Part shown: positions 1 through 12,300 of the stretch, one piece after another | How positions within the stretch are numbered: the stretch's first letter is position 1 | How the letters are laid out: each line of letters starts with the position of its first letter | DNA from: Haliotis rubra | Lineage: Eukaryota | Direction of reading: 5' to 3' | DNA length: 64,000 nucleotides | Assembly: GCF_003918875.1 (NCBI RefSeq) | Contig: NW_025766203.1 | Span: 1,426,001 to 1,490,000 of the forward strand | Program-made: the position numbers and the translations under genes | Notes under the pieces: model-generated | Databases searched by the model: none | What the model saw: the letters and a program-made list of their open reading frames with translations, nothing else | Told to the model about the DNA's origin: nothing

Positions 1-34
1 GGTTACAATTAATAGAGAATTTATTTACCTTTGA

Positions 35-425
35 AAATCCGGGTTAGAATAATTATTGGTCTTCAGCAACCCATGCTTCTCGTAGTCGACTATCGGGATC
101 GGGGTTGGATGTGGGTGTGGGTGTGTGTGTGTGCGGGGGGGGGGGGAGGCTTGCGACTTGGTTGACACACTTCCTTGTATCCCAGTTGCAGAGGTGGATG
201 CTTATGCTGCTGATCATTGGATTGTCTGGTCCAGACTTGTTTATTTACAGGCAGCAGCCATATTCCTCGAATATTGCTTAGTTTTGATTTTAGAACACAC
301 ATTTATTGGCAATATTTGCTTATACTATTTTTATTCGAACATGATCAATACGTTGATCACTGGATTGTCTTGGCCAGACTCCATTTGTACAAACCTGCCG
401 CCATAAGGCTGGAATATTCCTGAGT
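35..425 (+). mobile_element. SINE-like family A, degenerate/composite copy
   Basis: ccgggttagaat..cttcagcaacccatgc head and gatcactggattgtctggtccagact body. Confidence 0.7.
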
Positions 426-582
426 NNNNNNNNNNNNNNNNNNNNNNNNNNNNNNNNNNNNNNNNNNNNNNNNNNNNNNNNNNNNNNNNNNNNNNNNNNN
501 NNNNNNNNNNNNNNNNNNNNNNNNNNNNNNNNNNNNNNNNNNNNNNNNNNNNNNNNNNNNNNNNNNNNNNNNNNNNNNNNNN
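426..582. other. N gap (others at 8258-8390, 33684-33816, 41073-41269, 46227-46365)
   Basis: Runs of n in the sequence. Confidence 0.99.
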
Positions 583-1765
583 TTCGAACTGTAACACTGT
601 GTGTCGGCTTGATTTGGGAGGAATTGAAGAAGTGTGAGGACGGGAGGGATACATTATCTAGAAACAGAACTGAATGGGATTTGAACGTTCATAGCTTTCT
701 GACTCGCATAAATAATGCAATTCAGCACAACTTGTCCATTGTTGGATATCATACTGTGTGGATGGTACGAAATTGCAACAGCTGGGCCTTTATTGAGCAA
801 TTGTATGAAACACTCGCTCTGGAAATCACTTAAACCTTAGCATAGTCTTTTCTCGTATCGTTTTTGTTTGCCCATATTTATTCATGCATGTGTACAGCCG
901 TGCATGTATTTGCTTGAGAAATAAAAATCGAACCTCTGCCTGCATATTACCACTTTTGACAATGAGACATTCGTTCCACTTTACGTCACAAGTAGTGCAC
1001 CAATACCGCTCTTAACCACAAGATATCTCCGTTCCATGTTAACACAACAACGTGCGGCAAACCCGATACCCTGACGCCAGTCCTCTTAAATATTTACCAG
1101 GAAATGATACCTAAGGATCAAACAACGATCGTTATAGGGATCTGAACATTCTGTTTTTTGAAAAGCCTTACTGGAAAATATCAATTAATGCAGGAAGGGT
1201 AAGCAACATTTTGCCCAATGTAATGTAAAAAGTATTATCGATACAAATGTTGAAATACGTTGAGTCGAGATCAAACGTTGCCATCTATTGTTTTCCGACA
1301 TGGCTTCATTTATTCCATGATGTTGAACACAGCTCTGTTTTCATAAATATTTAAGCTTTAAATTGAATTTGTCGATATTTATCTCCACTTTGGTACTTGG
1401 CGCTCATGATATTTTCACGGAACTTAGACAGGATTGAATCTTTATCTTATAACATGTGTGTCATAGAACAGGCGACATTGCAGTAATCATTGTATGCGAG
1501 GACCGTGTTGTTTTCGTAGAGAGAGACTACTTAAAAGGCATGAAATATTCATTTTTTGTGTCTAGCACATTTTGTACAATGTGAGAAAGCAAGAAGAAAG
1601 GTCATTATTACATATGTAAAAAATGTTTCGAAACAGTAAATGTCATCTCTTTGACAAAATGGCAGTCCTTCGTAAAAACTTTATTGAGTTTGTGTTGCGT
1701 TGTTTTTGTTGCATTTACTGACGTGTTCCTGCTGCATCGATTATTTTAGTTGACGCAATTAAAGA

Positions 1766-2273
1766 AGAAGAAGAGAAGAAGAAACTTAGTTTATTACCGT
1801 GTCACATATTTACCAGACATAAAAATATATTTCACTGGCAAGTTGTAGAAAATATCCGGCCTATTCAGGCCTACGAGACACGATTATACATTAAAATTGC
1901 GTAAAATATATAAAGTGTAAAATTCATAAAATAATTGGCAATATTACCAAGATTATGATACATAAAATACAAAATAACTGCACAGAACAATTGCACCTTG
2001 TGGATAACTAAAGCATTTTATCAATATTATTATTGTTATTACCTTGACTGAATGCAATTACGAACGATGTTTAAGACGACGTTCATGCATATTGAAAACC
2101 CCTACGGCTAAAGCGTTACAGTTAATAGTATCTTTCATTATAGCAATGAAGAGGTCTGAGACAGATAATGGTGACAGTGAATTATTATAAAGCTTCTTAA
2201 CCATATCAGCACGGATAGCTGTATTGAGGTTACATTTCATCAGAAAGTGAAATTCATCTTCAATCCTCATCCT
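1766..2273 (-). mobile_element. 5'-truncated non-LTR retrotransposon 3' end (RTEX/CR1-group-like C-terminus)
   Basis: Minus ORF contains IEDEFHFLMKC (C-terminal Zn-knuckle remnant typical of LINE ORF2), a (TTC)n tail, and flanking near-direct repeat caat(t)aaaga at 1756 and 2274. Confidence 0.7.
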
Positions 2274-2561
2274 CAATAAAGAGACGGCTTGGCTGCTTTC
2301 ATAACTGTTTTTATCACTTACAGTCTAAAGATACACCAGTTAATTTATGCTGCTTACTGAACGTCCTTTAGACTTTAGTTGTAACTAAGTACAAATCAAG
2401 CACATCCTCCTTAACGTGTATCCACGTGGATATTAGGTGTTCATTATGTCAACCACTTGTTTGCATGTACCAGTCTCGATTACGCAGCCCGTAGTGAGAC
2501 AGCTGATATTTCTGATATGGTTGTTAAACATTCACTCACTAAGTAGGTAAGAATGCCACAT

Positions 2562-2720
2562 GGGCCCCGTTCAACAAAGCGATCGTAGCGCTAAGATGAT
2601 CGTAACTCCCATACTTTAACATACACCTACGACAGTCGTAGTGCTAAGATGATCGTAACTCCCATACTTTAACATACATTTACGACTGTCGTAGCTACGA
2701 TCTGTTTTGTAAACTAAACG
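2562..2720. mobile_element. Harbinger-like MITE (same family as 54537-54643) with internal duplication
   Basis: Begins gggccccgttcaacaaagcgatcgtagc; internal gctaagatgatcgtaactcccatactttaaca occurs twice; absent from duplicate copy 2. Confidence 0.6.
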
Positions 2721-3107
2721 CACTCACTCACTCTTAAATCTTACACTTCCATTCTCTGCGTTAGCCACCCTCCCCTTCTGTCCCATGGAGGCGGATCTCA
2801 GACAGGCAAGGCCATATCAATGCCAATTGTGTGTCTGGCATGTTATATTCACTGTGCACCATTGTGTCTCAAAGTCAGACAGAAACTGCAGATAAAGGGG
2901 TTAGTTCATTGAACTTCATTCACTCTGATTATGTGGATTTTACCCAACTAAACAACGTCTCAGACCCGTATCTTGTCAGGCTTTCACGAAAGACCCGCCG
3001 TGGTTGACAGAATTATTAACAAGCTAATGTATTCTTATCAGTTAAAATGCCCACAATTTAAAGTACTCTTTTATACCAGTCTCATGTGTAAATGGAGGAA
3101 GATAGGG

Positions 3108-4154
3108 GATCGGTACTCGGTCCGCTTCTTTTCATAGCATACACGACCGATGTTGCAGACGTAATTGACAAACATGGCATTTGCCATCATTCGTTTGCAG
3201 ATGACACCCAACTTCAGAAAAACTCAACTCCCAAGGACTTTCACACTGGTCTTCATAAAATAACAGACTGTACTAAAGATGTCAAGTCATGGATGACAAA
3301 CAACTTGCTAAAGTTAAATGATGACAAAACTGAGGTGATGGTTGTTGGATCCAGGCAAATGCAAATACGAATTACCACTAGTACTGTTCTGGTAGCAGAT
3401 GCAGAGATACAACCAGTGGACTCTGTTAAAGACCTTGGAGTTACACTTGACTCACACCTGGCGATGGACACTCATGTAAATCAACTCTGCAGAATATGCT
3501 TCTTTCATCTACGAGCCATTGGCAGAATACGTCATGTCATCAGTCGTGATGCAGCACACAGTCTGGTCCAGGGACTTGTTATATCAAGAATTGATTACTG
3601 TAATAGCCTCCTTTTTGGTATTTCTCAGAAGCTGCTATCAAAATTGCAAAATGTCCAAAATACAGCCTCCCGAATCATAAGCAGAACTTCAAAGCGCTAC
3701 CACATAACACCTGTCATGAAAAACCTCCACTGGCTGCCTGTTAAATCAAGAATTGACTTTAAAATATTGTGTTTTGTTTACAAATGCCTCAATGGCAAAG
3801 GCCCAGAATACTTGAAAGAACTTCTTACCCCATACACTCCAGAAAGACAGATCCGTTCTCAGAATCTGAACCTTCTCTCTGTGCCTCGGTTCAAACTGCA
3901 AACTTTTTGGAAGGAAATCTTTTGCCTGCTCTGCCCCTCTACTCTGGAACTCTCTCCCTATCACAATTAAGTAAGCAGTTGACTTTAATTCCTTCAAACG
4001 ACTTCTCAAGACTCATCTGTTTTCACTGCATTATGACTAACTACTAGTCCCTCATTGTGTATATGTATATTATCCACCCACTTTGTTCGCGCTTTGAGCA
4101 TGGGCCTTGTGCATGGAAAAGGCGCATAATAAGTTCACATTTATTATTATTATT
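3108..4154 (+). mobile_element. 5'-truncated L2-clade (CR1 group) LINE, RT C-terminal half
   Basis: GSVLGPLLF, FADD, KLNDDKTE, DLGVTLD, SRIDYCNSLL, LHWLPV; one frameshift near 3905; (TTA)n tail; ataggg duplicated at 3102-3107 and 4155-4160; empty site in copy 2 at about 11300. Confidence 0.93.
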
Positions 4155-4189
4155 ATAGGGCGTTAGGAACAGAGGGAGGGAGTAGTGTG

Positions 4190-4300
4190 GGGGGACACCA
4201 GAAACATGGTCTTCACATAGTACCCATGTGTGGAATCAAACAAGGGTCCTCGACGTGAAGCACAATATCTTTAACCTCTAGGATACCCCATCACCCACTA
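4190..4300 (-). mobile_element. tRNA-derived SINE family B, degenerate (paralogous copy at 11330-11440)
   Basis: ggggacaccagaaa...cccatgtgtggaatc...tttaacctctagg matches family B. Confidence 0.65.
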
Positions 4301-7300
4301 CACCCCCCAAGGGTCTACACATTTAGCAAAATCTTTACATGAATGAAAATACACGTGTCACAACAAGTTTTACATTTTCAAGATTCATGTTAAAATCGAC
4401 ATCCATTAAATTTGAAAATAATTCACTTCAAATGTAATTGTAATTGCTTTCTAAAATAATCGATATAGCCTTCAACTGTGCTTAACATTCTATTACAAGT
4501 GTATATTTTAGTTTGTGTTTTTGGACAACTTAACACACGCCATGAAATCTACAAAGACAAACGTTAAAGACTACAAAGACATTTGCTTTCAAGAGGGCTT
4601 CATTTTAGCTTAATTCATTTTATTACTTCATAATACTTTAATACTTAAAGTATTATGAAGTAATAAAATGCTAATCCTACTATTACCATTTAAAAGAACT
4701 ATTTGTAACTGAACAGTTGTACCAAGTCACCGCACACTGATCTGGCATGGTGTGAAATATTTCCGTTATGTCAACAAGGATCAGTTCCTGACATATCAGA
4801 CCATCAACAAATTCCCGAAAAATTCCAAAGCTTAATATTTCTATTTCTCAACGCATGGGTACCTTCATAAATAATAGTTTTATTGTTTCAGAAACATATC
4901 AGCGTTTTTCAGACCGTTTAAATAGAATTTATCACAGAAGCAAACAAAACTTAGACCCGCCCGAGGCCATATTTCTGAACTCTTGCAATTAGATCTGGTT
5001 GCAAATAAGATAAGCACTTCCTGACAGAAAGACATAGGCATTTTGCTGTCATCCACCTCTACGTGGTGTGCGGAACACCATACGCGTCATCGTTGGCTTA
5101 TCTCGTGACAAGTACACAATAACATCACCACAACGCCTTTGATGCCTGCACAATGGCAGACACCCCTTGGCACCTTCGTGTCGTTATCAGAGATTCCCAC
5201 CCATGTCTAGAGATGTTCTGTATGTAATACTATAAGGGGCATTGTCGCATTCTTGTGTTTTCGCACTCATGGCTTTTATAAACATTAAACAAATGTAAGT
5301 TGTTTGAAGACATGTGTTGTATCCTGTTTTCGCACATCCTACGTTTTGACTGTTTACAACAAGTCGACAACGTGATGACGTAAGAACGTGAGAACGCGAA
5401 GTTGTTCCTTACAGTATTCCATATTTCTTGGAACAGAAATGCCTGAGATTGCAGAAAGTTTTTAGATAAATGTGTTTATCATCAAATTTCTGTTCTTTTA
5501 TCTTAAAAAGACATAAACAATCCAGATGAATTAACTTTGAGGTGTTAGTGTGTGATTTATTTGGTACAGGTGTAAACATCCCATCTGGTCATGCAGCAGA
5601 TTACAACCGATGTTTAATAGTCTTCCATAAAGAGATACCTCCCACTTTTGTTCTTCCCAGTAGCATATCCCTCTCTTAAGGTTAAGCGAAGCTTGTTACC
5701 TTGGCAGATTTGTCCAATTGGCATGTCAGGATCCTGTTATTGTGGGTTCGAATCCCATATTTTTTTCTTATGGTCTCTGGATTGTTTGTTATATCCGTGA
5801 TGTTTCATCTCAACACAGTGGTGAATATGAACACATTCTTCGGCTTACCCTTTCTCAATATCATAACGCATTGTTATATATTTATAATTCCTTTCAAAGC
5901 AGGGTTAAACCAAAATGACTCTCTGGTAACCAGTTTTTCTTTGCACGTAATAATGAGAGATCGCAGAATAAAAGAATAGAATTATCAAATATCAATGACA
6001 CGTGCACACAACAAGAACATGGTCGTTTGTTGGAGCGTTGATGGCAATGAAGGTTCCAGCTTTTCCCATACATTAACAAACCTTCTTGTTCAAGTTATTT
6101 TCTTTAATTCTGTTAACGTGTGCGGAGGCAACATATAGATTGATTGTGTGTGATTTTATGCCGTACCTAGCAATAATCCGCCCATAGCACACCGCTTTAC
6201 AATGTTGGTAATTAATTCCGGAACATGCAAACTAGTGATTCATACTCCCACAATTGATCCACACTTTGAGGCTTCGATGCCTCTTAATGTTTTCTGGTCA
6301 AGCCGCTCACCAATCATACTCATCGTTCAATTATATTGGTGAACCAGTTCTCATTTACACAATTTAGCAGAGCCTTTATTATAAGAAATCTATTTATATC
6401 CTGGAATTACAACATCGAAAACACATGTTAAAACAGATTACCTCTGACTCATGTTCTTGTAGCCGTGTTGTTAAAATTATGTAATAGCAGGATATTGATC
6501 AATAAAAGCAGTCTGAACGTAAATTCTATACACACATATGTATCTTGTATGCAATAGAGGAACGAGGCTTCTATCAAGAAATTGTATATTAACAAAGATA
6601 AGAGCATTTAATTTGTTTATTGATTGAAGCTGTAGTTTACGTAGTGGGCCAGTCATGTAAGTCGTTTTGGTAGTCTCATGTAACTTTAATTGTTCCCTCA
6701 ATACTTACCAATATTTGGTTCCCGGTGATCCATAACTGATTGTGCAATTTCTTATGCAGATCATGCATCATTTTTATCATCTTAAACCTGTTGTCTGAAT
6801 ACACATATACGTACAGGAACATTCCCATACAACCTATATTCACAACACGCACTAACAATTTACACATCCCCTCGAGTGTTTAACCCAAGTATGAACAAAC
6901 ACACCTCCAATGCCAGAAAATGCAATCCGGCCCATTACGCCATGCTGGCAACGTACAGCGGAGGAGGCCCCACAGAAAGGTGATTTGCAATATGTCTGAT
7001 TGAGGATAATTGGCCTTCAGAACGTGCCGAGAATGTGAGCGTTTGACGTGCAGGCTCGGCATAATTGCTTGTGCAACCTCTGTTGATGGAGGAATCCCAG
7101 CTCAGAAACTGAAACTTTCAGGTGTCATTATACCGACAGGCAACCACTGTAGGATTTGGTGTAGAGAGAGTGGACAAATTGGAGTATACCTCAAGTATTC
7201 CTCAGCTGTGATATGTAAGTATTTATATATATGTATGGCACCAGGTCAGGAGTGCTTGGGTGTGCCAACGATATATGTAGACCATAGGCGTTTCATTAGA

Positions 7301-7799
7301 TGTCGTTATGTGGGTTTGGCCATTTCATATCTTAGAATGCATCCCACCAATGCTGATATCATGCTGAAATTAGGTTGACTTTATCTGTTCGCTTTATTCG
7401 ATGTTAGCTATAACATCAACATTAGCATCGGTTATGGAGCAAATGCATTGGATTTGCTGTAAGTATGAACAGCTTCAAAGTTTCACAGCGAAATATACTT
7501 AATTGGATGAGCATTTATTGTTGCATACGTGTTTATCATTGATTTCGAGAGGTTTGAATATATCGTTGTGCTGAAGGTATTGTAATGGGTTTAAAACATG
7601 AAGGTGTATTATTCCGATAGATAAGCACTGATTATGGTTCTAATTATAACATGCATACACCCCTGACGTTTAGGTGAGCATATATTTCCGCTTTGATTGT
7701 TTTCAAACATGCATATTTCCATGTCGTTTTTTATGTGGTAACGTGATCATAGAAATGGAGTTAATTGCTAATCGGTTACTTAGGGATGAATATAGGAAA

Positions 7800-8660
7800 G
7801 GTCCACATTATATCTGTCCAGTTTTAATCAAAAGATACCTGTAAAGGTCATGGTTCCAAGTAATAGAAAAAAACATGCAGAATTAGAATAATTATTGGCC
7901 TTCAGCAACCCATGCTTGTTGTAATAGTCGACTAACGGGATCGGGTGGTGAGGCTCGATGACTGGGTTGACACATGACATCATATCTTAGTTGCATAGAT
8001 GGATGCTTATGCTGCTGATCATTGGACTTTCCCTAACATGACTTTGATATTGTCCTACAATAGTATACCATAGTTTTGATATTATAATGCATATACTGAC
8101 AATATTTGCTTAGGTTAACTTATATTCGAACATGATCAATCTGTAGACGAGCTGGTGAGTGGGCTCATGTTCATGATGTTGATCACTGGATTGTCTGGTC
8201 CACACTCGTCCAGACTGCCGCCATGTACCTGGAATACTGCTGAGTGAAGCGTGAAACNNNNNNNNNNNNNNNNNNNNNNNNNNNNNNNNNNNNNNNNNNN
8301 NNNNNNNNNNNNNNNNNNNNNNNNNNNNNNNNNNNNNNNNNNNNNNNNNNNNNNNNNNNNNNNNNNNNNNNNNNNNNNNNNNNNNNNNNNTTCAGCTGTA
8401 ACACTTTGTGTCGGCTTGATGTGGGAGGAATTAAAGAAGTGTGAGCACGGAAGGGATGAATTATGTAGAAACATTACCGAATGGGATTTGAACGTTCACA
8501 GGTTTCTGACTCGCATAAGTAATGCAACTCAGCACAACTTGTCCATTGTTGCTTATCATTGTGTGTTGATGGTTCGAAATTTGCAACAGTTGTGCCTATA
8601 TTAAGCAGCTGTATGAAACCCTCGCTCTGGAAATCAGTACAACCTTAACATGGTCTTTTC
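7800..8660. repeat. Partial third copy of the duplication head segment
   Basis: 7880-8257 matches 40-425 and 8391-8660 matches 583-850; an N gap sits at the homologous position in both. Confidence 0.85.
7881..8257 (+). mobile_element. SINE-like family A, degenerate copy
   Basis: Same motifs as other family A copies; runs into an N gap at the tail. Confidence 0.7.
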
Positions 8661-8850
8661 TTTTGCCGGTGAGTACTTACTCCAACTTTTCAAGCAGCAA
8701 GGCCATCCTACCACTAACGTCAGTGTCATGCAGCAATGACACCAACTGCATTCTCAAAGAGGACACCGACTGAAACCTCCTGGAGGCAGGACACCCTGAC
8801 AACAAGCATATGCTCCACCGTCACCGTCACCGACAACTTCTGACTCCGGG

Positions 8851-9072
8851 GACCCGTGAACATCCGGGTTAGAATTGGTCTTCAGCAAGCCATGCTTGTC
8901 ATAAGAGGCGACTAACGGGATCGGGTGGTCAGACTCGTGGACTTGGTTGACATATGCCATAGTATCCCAGTTGCCTAGATCGATGCTCATGCTGTTGATC
9001 ACTGGATTGTCTGATCCAGACTTCATTATTTACAGACCGCCGCCATGTAGCGTTCAACAACAAACAAACAAA
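8851..9072 (+). mobile_element. SINE-like family A
   Basis: gacccgtgaacatccgggttagaattggtcttcagc...aagaggcgactaacgggatcggg... with (CAAA)n tail. Confidence 0.85.
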
Positions 9073-9100
9073 TAAAATTTAAATTCATTAAATGATCTAA

Positions 9101-9334
9101 AGAGTGAGTGAGTGAGTTTAGTTTTACGCCGCACTCAGCAATATTTCAGCTATATGGCGACGGTCTGTAAATAATCGAGTCCAGTGATCAACAGCATGAG
9201 CATCGACCTGGGCAATTAGGAACCGATGACATGTGTCAACCAAGCCAGCGAGCCTGACCACCAGATCCCCCTACTTGCCTCTTACGACAAGCATGGGTTA
9301 CTGAAGGTTCATTCTAATCCGGACCTTCACCGGT
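9101..9334 (-). mobile_element. SINE-like family A (tail-to-tail with 8851-9072)
   Basis: (GAGT)n tail, ttttacgccgcactcagcaatat, body and head match the family consensus. Confidence 0.88.
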
Positions 9335-9399
9335 TATGATCTAAAGACATATCGCTTTAAATGTTGCATTATAAATTTTCATTCTATTTATGAAAACTA

Positions 9400-12300
9400 T
9401 CTCTAACTTGGCTCTGATACTGCCTACAATAGCATTCCATAGTTTTATATTTTAGAACACATATATTGACAAAATATACTAAGGTATCTTAAACTCGAAC
9501 TGTAGAAGAGTTGGTGAGTGGGCTCATGCTCATGATGTTGATCACTGGATTGTCTGGTCCAGACTCGATGGCATCCATAAATAATGCAATTCAGCACAAC
9601 TTGTCTATAGCTGCTTATTATAGTGGGTTGATGGTACGAAATTGCAACAGCTGGGTCTATATTGAGCAGTTGTATGAAACACTCGCACTGGAAATCACTA
9701 AAACCTTAAAATAGTCCTTTCTCGTATCGTTTTTGTTTGCCCATATTTATACATGCATGTGTACAGCCGTGCATATATTTGCTTAAGAAATAAAAATCGA
9801 ACCTCTGCCTGCATGTTACCAATTTTGACAATGAGACATTCGTTCCACTTTACGTCACAAGTAGTGCACAATACCACTCTTTACCACAAGCTGTCTCTCT
9901 TCCATGTTAACATGACAACGCGCGGCAAACACGACACCCTGACGTCAGTCCTCTTAAATATTTACCAGGAAATGATACCAAGGATCAAACAACGATCGTG
10001 ATAGGGATCTGAACATTTTGTTTTTGGAAAAAGCCTTACTGGAAAATATCAATTAATGCAGGAAGGGTAAGCAACATTTTGCCCAATGTAATATAAAAAG
10101 CATTATCGATACAAATGTTGAAATACGTTGAGTCGAGATCAAACGTTGCCATCTATTGTTTTCCGATATGGCTTCATTTATTCCATGATGTTGAACACAA
10201 CTCTGTTTTCATAAATATTTAAGCTTTAAATTGAATTTGTCGATATTTGTCTCCACGTTGGTTCTTGGCGCTCATGATATTTTCACGGAACTTAGACAGA
10301 ATTGATTTCTTGATCTAATAACACGTGTGTCATAGAACAGGCGACATTACAGTAATCATTGTATGCGAGGACCGTGTTGTTTTCGTAGAGAGAGACTACT
10401 TAAAAGGCATGAACTATTCATTTTATGTGTCTGGCACATTTTGTACAATGTGAGAGAGCAAGAAGAAAGGTCATTATTACGCATATGTAAAAAAATGTTT
10501 CGAAACAGTAAACGTCATCTCTTTGACAAAATGGCAGTCCTTTGTAAAAACTTGATTGAGTTTGTGTTGCGTTGTTGTTGATTTTGCATTTAGTGACGGC
10601 TTGGTTGTTTTCAGAACTGTTTTTATCACTTGCAGTCTAAAGATACACCACTTAATTTATCCTGCCTACTGAACGTTCTTTAGTCTTTAGTTGCAAAGCA
10701 GTACAAGTCAAGCACATCCTCCTTAACTGGTATCCACGTGGACATTTGGTGTTCATAATGTCAACCACTTGTTTGCCTGACGCAGTCTCGATAACGCACA
10801 GCAGCCGGTAGTGAGACAGCTGATATTTCTGATCGGGTTGTTAACCATCCACTCTCTGAGCAAGTCTTTAGATAATCCCCATACCTTTACTCATGACGGG
10901 TATGACAAAACACGCACCCTCTACAGCACAGACACATATATAGTGACATAAAGCATCTTAAATCTGATACTTCCATTTCCTGCCCTCTCCCTAGGACAGA
11001 ACGGATCTCAGACAGACAATGCCATATAAATGCCAGTTGTGTGTCTGTTATGTTGTATTCGCAGTGCATCGTTGTGTCTCAAAGTCAGACAGAAACTTCA
11101 GATAATGGGGTTATTTCATTCACTCTGATTATGTGGATTTCACCCAACTGAAATACGTCTCAGACCCGTATCCTGTCAGGCTTTCACGAAAGACCCGCCG
11201 CGGTTGACAGAATTATTAACAAGCTAAAGCATTGTTATAATTTAAATGAGCACATTCGATAGTACTGTTTTATGCCAGTCTCATATGTAAATGAGGAAGA
11301 TAGGGTGTTAGGAACAGAGGGGAGTAGTATGAGGGACACCAGAAACATGGTCTTCACATAATACCCATGTGTGGAATCGAACCTGGGTCCTCGACGTGAC
11401 GAGCAATCTCTTTAACCACTAGGACACCCAACCGTCCCCAGAAAGGGTATATATCTTAAGCAAACTGTTTAAAGTAATGAAATACGTTATAATTTAAATG
11501 AGCACATTCGATAGTACTGTTTTATGCCAGTCTCATATGTAAATGAGGAAGATAGGGTGTAAGGAACAGGAAAATGTTTAAAGTAATGAAATACGTATGT
11601 CACAACATTTTCAAGATTCGTCGATAAAATCGACATCCATGTGATTTGAATATAATTCAAGACAAAGTGAATAAGCAATTCCTTTCTAAAATGTCGATAT
11701 AGCCTTCAGATGTGCCTATCATTCTTTTACAAGTGTATATTTTAGTTTGTGTTTGTTGACAACCTACCTACTTCATACTTGAAATCTGCAAAGGCAAACG
11801 TTAAACACTACAAAGAAATTTGCTTTCAAGGGGGCTTCAGTTTAGTTTTATTTGATTCAAAGTACCTGATGATACTCTAAGCATTATTCTCCTACTGTTA
11901 CCATTTAAAAGAACCATTTGTAACTGAACAGACGTACCAAGTCACCGGACACTGATTTAGCATGGTGTGAAATATTTCCGTTATGTCAACAAGGATCAGT
12001 TCCTGACATATCAGACCATCAATAAATTCCTGAAAAATTCCAAAGCTTAATATTTCTATTTCACAACGCATGACTACCTCCATAAATAATAGTTTTATTG
12101 TTTCAGAAACATATCAACGTTTTTCAGACCGTTTAAATAGAATTTATCAAAGAAGCAAACAAAACTTAGACCCGCCCGAGGCCATATTTCTGAACTCTTG
12201 CAATTAGATCTGGTTGCAAATAAGATAAGCACTTCCTGACAGAAAGACATAGGCATTTTGCTGTCATCCACCTTTACACGGTGTGCAGAACACCATACGA

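Larger units (their letters stand above)
1..7450. repeat. Segmental duplication, copy 1 (head 1-850 plus body 850-7450)
   Basis: Colinear high similarity to 9400-14750, e.g. 850-1720 vs 9720-10595, 2283-3107 vs 10596-11305, 4160-7450 vs 11305-14750. Confidence 0.92.

Noticed and set aside
331-654. ORFs spanning N gaps (also 8136-8604, 33535-33887, 40992-41363, 46042-46615)
   Set aside because: Their length is an artefact of X residues.
609-833. ORF ..WEELKKCE.. conserved at 8391-8604 and 9570-9714
   Set aside because: Similarity is explained by the duplication; one copy is frameshifted, another is deleted, and no motif is recognisable.
3092-3970. Stand-alone 292-aa reverse transcriptase gene or retron-like system
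   Set aside because: It is a 5'-truncated L2 LINE; the ATG comes from flanking DNA and the N-terminal RT motifs are missing.
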